DNA of 64,000 nt from the human T2T-CHM13v2.0 reference genome, Homo sapiens. The translations under genes and the position numbers were made by a program. Positions 55,423 through 64,000 of the stretch are shown here, piece by piece. The DNA is taken from the NCBI RefSeq assembly GCF_009914755.1, contig NC_060928.1; one strand, 5' to 3'. Under the pieces are notes generated by a model, which was not told where the DNA came from, ran no database searches, and was given only the letters and a program-made list of their open reading frames with translations. How positions within the stretch are numbered: the first letter of the stretch is position 1; the number at the start of each line of letters is the position of its first letter.

Positions 55423-56399
55423 CTATAAAATATGAATTCCACTCATTCTTATAATTTCTAAATTGAACTTTCCAGAATGCTCTGTTTAAGACAAACAACC
55501 CAAAAGCACTTTAAACTTCTACAGCTAAATGCAAGAATTATTATACCTTTGAGCTACTCTAAACGTTAATCTCTACTAAACACTAATTCATAGTTTAATT
55601 ACACCAGATAGACATTCTTTAAAACTTGACTACTTTGAGCTTAGTTTCAGAGTAATGTAGAGAATGCAATGGAAAGAATCATTTAACTGGAAAAAAAATT
55701 ATTTTTATTTGGGAGCTGATAATGCTCCCTGTCTTTCTGCTTCTTCAGATGCTTTGGCAAAGTGTTCAAAATATATAGTATAACGTAACTAGCTTAATTT
55801 TATCAATTACCTTTATTAAACTAAATATAAAGACTTAGGTCTTCAAAAAGTGCATGGGTGGGAAAATCCACCTGCTCACACAACTGTGGATGGGGACTCT
55901 GCATCCCTGGGTGGGTCCCAAGTTGTTTTGTTTATTTTTTTTAAGAATGTTCATATTAATCCCTAATAGCAATTATATCATCATTACCATTCTCTCTTCT
56001 GTCTCTCACTTTCTCTTTCCCTCTTTCTCCATACTTTCTCCCTCCCTCTGTCCTTCTTCCACATCTGTTTCTTTTAAACATTACATCGATTCCCTCGCGA
56101 ATCTGAACTTACATACTGAGAACTTCACAAAAAGAAAGGGAAAGTGAGAGTTCTCCCCAGATCTGGTAGAAAAATTCCAGGAACGACACAAATTGATCTG
56201 CTTAGGGGAGGAATACCCTGGCCTGAACACAGTGGCAAGGTATGTATGATGCCACCACAGTGGCCACAGTGGTGAAGCGCTGTGAATATAAGCTCTTACT
56301 GGAGCCTTGAGTTTGAGCAGGAATGAATATTTCTAGTCAACTTCATTCAACTCCCTAGTCCCTCAATTGCTTAATTTTTTTTTTTTTTTTTTTTTTGTC

Positions 56400-58720
56400 T
56401 ATCATGCCCACCGGAACCCTTCACACCCTTCACAGTGTGGGGTCCATATTTGATCGTCACAACTACATTTTGACCACAATCTATGATGCCATCAACATGG
56501 CATTGGTAACAACATCTACTTTTCACATTCTTACACCCAGACACAGGAATCCATCTGGAGAAAATCATGCAGTTATGCACTTGGGAACCATTACACCTTC
56601 ATTGTCTCTAGTTTCAGCCAGACATTTGTCAATGCTCCCCAAGCTTCTCATTGTCATTTGTCAGCTCATGCACTCCCTCTGCCTACTGCTACCTCAAACC
56701 TTCCCCAGTCTTCTGAAATTCAGATCTCTTGGCCTTGGCAGATGATATTTTCCTTCATTTATTGAAAACATTTCAAGCATCTGGCATAGGGCTCCTACCT
56801 CACTTGACAGCCCTCTGTCCCCAATAATATTTACAAATATATGCCTGTCTGTGCTTTTCTTATCTATTTCCTTTTAGATTCAGAGGACAAAATCTCCTTC
56901 AAAGCCAAGTCAGTCACTCAAACTATTAACACATGCCTCATCTACTAACTCCAACTTAGCCCTGTCCATCCCCATTTTTTCTGGTGTCATGAGCTGCTCC
57001 CTGTTCTAAGAACATTTTCTCCTCTAAACAATAACTCTGCAATATGTAAAAACAGAACTACCACTCCCTGGCAGGTACCTGCATATACTCACACACCTTA
57101 CACACACATAAAGCTCCCCTTGGACCATGCTTCTCACTTTAGGGTCCCTGCTGGTTACTTTCATGGAATTTTTTGGAAAAGCAATTTTCATTCACTGTCT
57201 CTAACCCTTCAACCTGAATCCCTGCTCAACCTGTTACCTTCTGGCTTATACGCTTAGTCCACACAATTATTTTAGTAAGGTTTTAACCTATTTGTCAAAT
57301 GCATGGGCAATTTCAGTTGTTTTGCTAGACTTCCTTTTAACGTTTATCTCTGTTAGCCAATCTTGTCTTCAAACCCCCGTTCCCATGGCTTCTGTGACAC
57401 CACACTCTCCACTAGCACCTCTACCTATTCTTTTCTGTCTTTTTAAGACCTCTCATTTCTTTTGCCCTTAAAATATTATTGCTCTATATTTTTGTGATTC
57501 TATTACTGTCATATTGATCTTCTCAACCATCGTACTGTGTCTGAAATCAGACTGGTACTGTAATATCTTGGGTGTTTCCACATGGATGCCTTCCTCCATA
57601 GTCAATGGAATTTCCAAAATTGAACCTATCATCTTCTTTTTTTTTCTAAACTGATAACATCTTCTATTTTTCTCTTTTTCAGTTATGGTACTAATAGCTA
57701 CATGAAATTCCTGGTAGTATTAATTATAGTACCTAGTTGACATTTATTGAGTTCATAGTAGTATGTGCCGAGCACTATGCTAGGTACTTTACATGAAATA
57801 TCTCAACTAATCTTAACAGTCCTGTACAGCACACAGCACTCTACTACAATTATGTAGTTTTGGAACTAAGATTTAAGTGTGTTTAATAATTTGCCAAAAG
57901 TCACTTAGGAAGTGTGGAGGTGGGGTGCTCATTTTGGAGACATGCTGAACAACTATGGCAGACAATCTGAGCATCATCTTTGACTTCTCTCTCTCTCTCC
58001 ATTCCAAATAGCACCACATCTTGTCATTTTACTCCCCATATATTATAGTTGCAACTATATCCTTAACCTTCTCTGAACTGTACTTCTCAAATATATCTTT
58101 CCAGCAGTTTCCAGTAATTAGATAATAAAATTTCCAAACACACAAATCTGGGGGCATTTCCACATGCTCAAGATATCTTGATGTTTCCATGGCTTATCAG
58201 ATAAATCTCACCTTCCTAAATATAATTTTCATGGTCCTGTTGATTAAACCTTGGTACACATACATCTCCAGCCTCATTCTCCATGGCTTCTTTTGTCTGG
58301 ATTTCCATTTTTCTTTAGTAATGCAGACTGCTTGTGGCTCCCCTTATAGGCCATTCTATCACTCAGTTCTGTGCCTTTGTTCTTGCTGTCATGTCTGCTT
58401 GGAAGACTTCATTCCAGCCTCTTCCCACTGAATGCAAATACCTGTCTCTGTCCCCTGCCGGTCAATTACTTGTTGAGTACTTTCTCGTTCTGATACCTCA
58501 CTGCCTCTAGTAAGCCTTTTCTTGACTTCCAGAACAAAATAAAAGACTCTTTTCTTTATTTCATCACTAACATTTTCATATTTCCATTTTTAAAAACTTG
58601 CAGCTTTGTTTTATAATTATCTATTTCTATCTAGACAGGACCTCTTGAAGTCAGGCTCTACATTCTCTTTATATTCTTATTGCCAGGCACCAGAGCACCC
58701 TGTTTGCTAAGGGAATTTTT
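56400..58720. mobile_element. Long fragmented L2 with nested MIR (~57730-57920)
   Basis: Pyrimidine-rich L2 motifs (GGCTTCTGTGACACCACACTCTCC; GTTTCCACATGGATG; CATCTTTGACTTCTCTCT; TGCTTGGAAG); boundaries approximate. Confidence 0.55.
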
Positions 58721-60761
58721 AAATTTATCTTCAAGTAATAAGTGAACTTTGAGTCAGATCTTGATTAATGTGTTTAGAAATAGGTGGAATAAAGAAGATG
58801 AAACATATTAGAGCTTATGCTTGACTATCGTTGGTATTATATTATTTGAATATTAGATCTAACTTTGCATTAATACTATATGTTTTTACACTGTGCATTT
58901 TATCATATCTTTTATGAACCACTCATATATTTAGAAGATGAAACAATGGATTAGGTATGGAAACAAAATTGTGTCATAAAATTAGTTAATTTTGTGATTA
59001 ATTATAAAGTACTTTAAAAACAGCAATGGGTGGGATGGCGTCTGTGGTTGGCAATAGACATGCTGTGGATAATTTATTATTAAAGGCCTTTAAAATTTTA
59101 AAAACCCAATTAAAAAAAACTTATAATTGAAGAGTAGGGAATTCTTCTTTAAAAAGCAGCAATAAGATTAAGCCACATTATGCAACCTCTGGGCAAATGC
59201 TGATCTCATAATAATAAAGTATTTGCCTATTTTTTGTGTGAGTTAAATACCATTGAAACCGCTGAACTTGATAACACCTCAGGCTATCATCATGTTAGGT
59301 TTCTATATATAATAAAGAGTGGGAGACATATAGGGGGGAAACCGCAGAAATGAGAAAACAAGATAGAATGGTTTTTTAAAAAATTGTTTTTGTTTTTTTC
59401 CTGAGACCATTAACCTGTCAATGGCACTATCATATGAATTAGTTTATTCCTAACTAGATGATGTTCTTAGGACTAATTGTCACTCATTTCTAAGCCTGCC
59501 CAATTTTACACCCACATTAGATAGTACAGTCAAAGGCGCTTAGATCATATGAAATACACTTCCCAAAGAAATATATCCTCCAGCTTTTGCACACGGGCTT
59601 TCTTGTGAATTCCTGAATTAAATGATGATAGCTTCCAAATATCACCTTGTTCGTATCTCCTTTCTAAAATAACAACTAAAGATTGCTCTTCTATGTTAAA
59701 ACTAACTGTTAAAATAGTTTTCTGCTGTGCAGTTATACAGAGATTGGGTAAAAAAAATTGGCTTAAGAAAAAAAGATGGGAAAGCAGAAGTATAGAGCAG
59801 TACAGGAAAATCATCACCCTTCAAATGACCATATGTGTTTTTATTTGAAGATAAAATATGTTTCTTGATATACAGATTTTACAGCCAAATTAATTAAATT
59901 CTGATATGTTATTCTGCATTTGAGTTTTTGTTATGATTTATCTACCATTATTCGTTATGACATTTAATAGATACTTTTAAATAGCTTTTCTCTGTTGACA
60001 TTCTTGTTTGTTGATTACCTGGAGGAATATTTTATAATTTATATAATTTTTAAAATTGCAAAATTCTTAAAATTGGTAAAGTTGAACTGATTGGATGATT
60101 GTAAAATGTCTCTATGCATTTCTAATAGTTCTTTTGGCATTGTTAATAGTTTTATTTTGTCTGATGAACCTTACCAGTAAAAGAAAATGTTAAGGAAGAT
60201 ATTTCAAACTGCTTTGATTGGTGGGATAAAATATCCTGATGCAGTGGGAAGAAGAACTCTTTGAGGGAATAAACAGTTTGGAGGAGAATGTGCTGTTACT
60301 TCCAGAAAAAAATGTATTTTCCCTGGAAAAAAATAAAATCCATAGAAAGTGCCCTTGGAGGCATGGCAAATGAATGAAGACTTGGTTATGTTAAAGCAGC
60401 TTCATTCTGAGATGGAAAAAGTGACTCTTTCAATCTTAATTCTCTGGTTAGAGTCTAATAGAATTTTTGGTCTTGTCTCTGTGCCTATTCTGAGGCCCTT
60501 AGAGTCCTTAAAAGGTGAATGAATTAAAAAATATGAAGGATGTTTGTCCATTAAATGCCATAATGTCTCTATTATTTACCTATTTCTTTGTAACAATAGG
60601 AAACTTGTTGATGGTAGAAGTTGTTCAGCACTCATACACACATCGTTTTCTGCATTACTCTAATTGTTTACTTTGCAATTTAAATGCTAGCAGGGAACAC
60701 CAAACATTTTGCTAAATTCCCCATTGCTGAAATGAAGTTTAATAGCCAAAAAATTGCTATT

Positions 60762-60838
60762 GTATGTATTGCTATTGTGTGTGTGTATATATATATATGT
60801 GTGTGTGCATGTGTGTGTATATACACATACATATACCT
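60762..60838. repeat. Compound (TG)/(TA)/(CA) microsatellite
   Basis: Directly visible. Confidence 0.85.
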
Positions 60839-62199
60839 ATATTTCCAAATTTGTTGTGTAAGTATATTTCTTCGACTAGCAAATTTCAGATTACAGGTAC
60901 TAATGAGAGTCAGATCAAACAAATTTAAAATGTATTGGCAAAATTCATTTAAGCTTTTATAATAAAACTTAATTAAATCATGTTTTATTAATTTACTATT
61001 TGTAGTAATTTATTAGTGCTAAAATGAGGTTCACTTTTGTATAAGAAAAATAAATAATTTTACTAACATGATAGAATAGAAATACAAAACACATATTCAA
61101 AGAAAAAACGACAGAGCTAGATTCCATCCCCCCCCCCCAAAAAAAAAAAACACATTTGAAGGCAAAAATCACATTGCAGGAATTAATTCACAATTTATAG
61201 ACAAAAGTACTATGCTAATTAAAATGTATATATTAGATTTTACTTTACTAGGCAACATATTATGATTTATATTATTTCAAATGTTATTTTTAATGCCTTA
61301 ATGTTATTTTCAATAATACTTATATTTATTTAAAATATTATATAATTTCATCTGTTTCTCTCAGATTAATCTCTCTCAGTTAGTAGAGAATTGACTAATG
61401 TTGTCTTTACTTCTCATCAAACTTTTATGAGATCTGAAAGAAATGATGCATGCGTTATTATTATTTTCACATTTTTGCTACCCTTTTTAATTTTGGAGAT
61501 ATAAGCAGAAAGAATTATCAAATAGACAACAAGATAAAGGGAAAATAATGATTTGAAGTATTATTGTAAAATCAATTCCAGAATAATTAGGTTCTGTTGC
61601 AGCTGATGCAAAATTTTACTGAAATCGTGTTCATATCTATCATCTAGGAAGTGCTAAATATCTGTAACCACTTGATTACTTTGAGGGAAATTAAATTTTC
61701 CATCAACATATCCCCTAATACTACTACTCCTGTCCAGATGATGAAAGGATCAACAGGAATCCTCAATACGTAGATCTTCATTTTATCTTCCTTGGAGCTC
61801 TTGTGGTTTAAAGGACCCCAACTTTTGCTACCCATTTTCTTTCTTATCCTTCCTCAGTCTCTGAGCTTGTTGTATTTGGCTACATACTGACCAAGTTATC
61901 TGCATGTCTCAAAGACATCTCAACAAAACCTGCATTTATGTATGCACTTATTTATTGTTAAAGTGCATCATCTTTCTGGAGACAAACTAACTTCCCCTCC
62001 AAACTTTCCTCTTGCTGTATTGAGTGAAGTTTGCTGCTGGTGGGAATGCCACAGGGATGCAAACAACACAAGAGTTCATAGCCCTGCCCCACTCACAGGA
62101 GTCTCGCTGTCCAGCCTTAGAGCTTTTCCAGATCTGTCTTCTAAGCCTAGGAGAATTCCTTGGAATTTCCAGTCTTAGTTCATGAAATAATCTCTGAAC

Positions 62200-63140
62200 T
62201 GATTTCCCAGGTTCAAAGTTTGATCCCCTCTATCCCATATTTCATGATTCAAAAGCCATCGAAGTTTTAAATCAAAGATAAATTACACTCCCTCATTTTC
62301 TGTCCCTATGATTTAGCCCAATCTATTTATTTTATCATCCTTTCTTTCTTAAAACTGTTGCTGTCAAATCAACTCTATTACCATTTCACAAACACGCTAG
62401 GCTTTTAGTCACCATGTTATCTGATTCTGTTGCAGTGGTCTTATTCCTCTTCACTACCTGGACAATTCACCCAGCTTTTAACTCCCCCTGAAGTTCTACT
62501 TACTCTTCAACAACTTTGTGCCTTTGGTGATCATTTACCTTTATCTTTCCTGTGGTTTTACAACACATTAGGAGCCTCTTCCCCACTCCTTCCCACCATA
62601 GCCAGTCTTAGTGATTTGTCTGCATTCTGTTGCTTGCTCGGTTCAGATGGATAAAATCTTACTGATTTTCATTTCTGTGATGACAAACTGAAGACTTCCT
62701 ATTAGGCCTCACAGGGGTCTTTTCTGCGTGACCTCCTCTTGCTGCAGTATCAGCATCTCCCAGCCGTACTCTGTACAGCCATATTCTAGTCAGGCTAAAA
62801 TCTTAACAACCCCACAACGATTCTCGGTTTCTTCAAGCTCCTAGGAATTTGCATATGCTGATTCTTCCACCTGGAACACTTTTCTCACAACCCCAATATC
62901 CTCACCACCATCTAGTGTATACTTTAAATAGCCGAGACTTAGACTATGACTTCACTCATACAGCCCTTGCTTATCAGGCACACAGGGGCAGGGACATCTC
63001 CTGTACTCTCATAGTACCCTGTAATTGTCCTCTCTGAGTGCTCACCATTGTGATGTAACTGTTTTTTATCCCTCCTCTTAAATGTGTAGAGATAAGGGTA
63101 TTATGTCAATCCTAACAACATTTTATTCCCAGCATGTTTT
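62200..63140. mobile_element. L2 fragments (approximate)
   Basis: L2 3' motifs (TTTGCATATGCTGATTCTTCCACCTGGAACACT; TTTATTCCCAGCA). Confidence 0.5.
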
Positions 63141-64000
63141 TTGAAACCACGGAAATTAAAGTGTAGGGTTTTTTTTTTCCCATATGTAGATTTCAAGTTT
63201 TCTGTGGACCTAAATCATGTCTTTTAATGATATTGTATTTCATAAACTTTCTAAAAATGTGCTGAGTAGATGTGCTGTTTACTTTCATGGAAGAATGTGG
63301 TAATAATTAAATATTTATTCTGAAATGCTTTTTTTACATTCATGGTATTTGAACAAAACATATTCTTATAATTCTAATGGATACATTTATTTGCAGTTAA
63401 AAATATCATTTAAGAATACAAAAAATAAAGCTTAAGAGAACAAATGTTCATGGTTTTCAACTTTAACATATGAAACATTTTGAGAAAAACACATTATTAT
63501 CAACTGTATGTATGTACATCTATATGACATTTTTCATACTTTCCACAAAATTTTCATGAAGTATTTATATAGGCTTCTCTTTAATCTTACATTGTTTAGA
63601 AGCATGTCTGCATTTAGTTTAAAATTCATATCTTAAATGTCTTAGGACCTAAATAATGACTTAGCTTTTCAGAAAAATCTTAGATGGTATAGTGATAATT
63701 CAGCCTTTGTTAACCTGATTTTTAATTTAGGTTCTACTCCAAGTTAACCTTATGCCCTTGGAAAAGTTCATATGGCTTTCCTCACTTTCATTCTTGTCAT
63801 TTGTAATATATGGGTAATAGGCTGTATTATTTTTAAAATCTTTTTCAACTTCTAAAGTCCATGATTATTTTATTCAAAAGCTAGGTATGAACTCACACAT
63901 CAGATTTAAGTCTACACTTTAAATTTCCCCCCTTTTCTGTTTCCATTGTTGAAATTAGAACAGTCATAAAGCTCATCACTAAACTGAACACAAATTTATT

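Noticed and set aside
56395-56745. 116-aa ORF after a T-tract, possible exon or retrocopy
   Set aside because: Appears to lie in decayed L2-like sequence; no AG acceptor right after the T-tract, no recognisable protein

Overview
Primate, very probably human, genomic DNA. It is AT-rich and full of Alu, L1, L2, MIR, MLT1 and MER repeats. The only clear gene element is a CpG-island promoter (~3.8-5.8 kb) with a non-coding first exon on the + strand ending at a good donor (AAG|GTACGT, 5193/5194); the remaining ~59 kb reads as one large first intron. From recollection of the 5'UTR sequence this is tentatively CCSER1 (FAM190A, 4q22), which needs BLAT confirmation. No host protein-coding exon is supported: the long ORFs are GC-island artefacts or Alu/L1 remnants. 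I do not see a convincing new multi-gene system. The best small-scale oddities are a template-switch-like scar with a 16-bp hairpin (36.0 kb), an AluJ whose 17-bp triplication recreates a Pol III B-box at near-canonical spacing, a 22-bp hairpin (23.4 kb), a solo Hsmar1/MADE1 TIR beside a palindrome (8.5 kb), a TSS-dependent uORF with an AT island and Z-DNA tract in exon 1, and an internally deleted old L1 with a CpG-rich, monomer-repeat 5'UTR.
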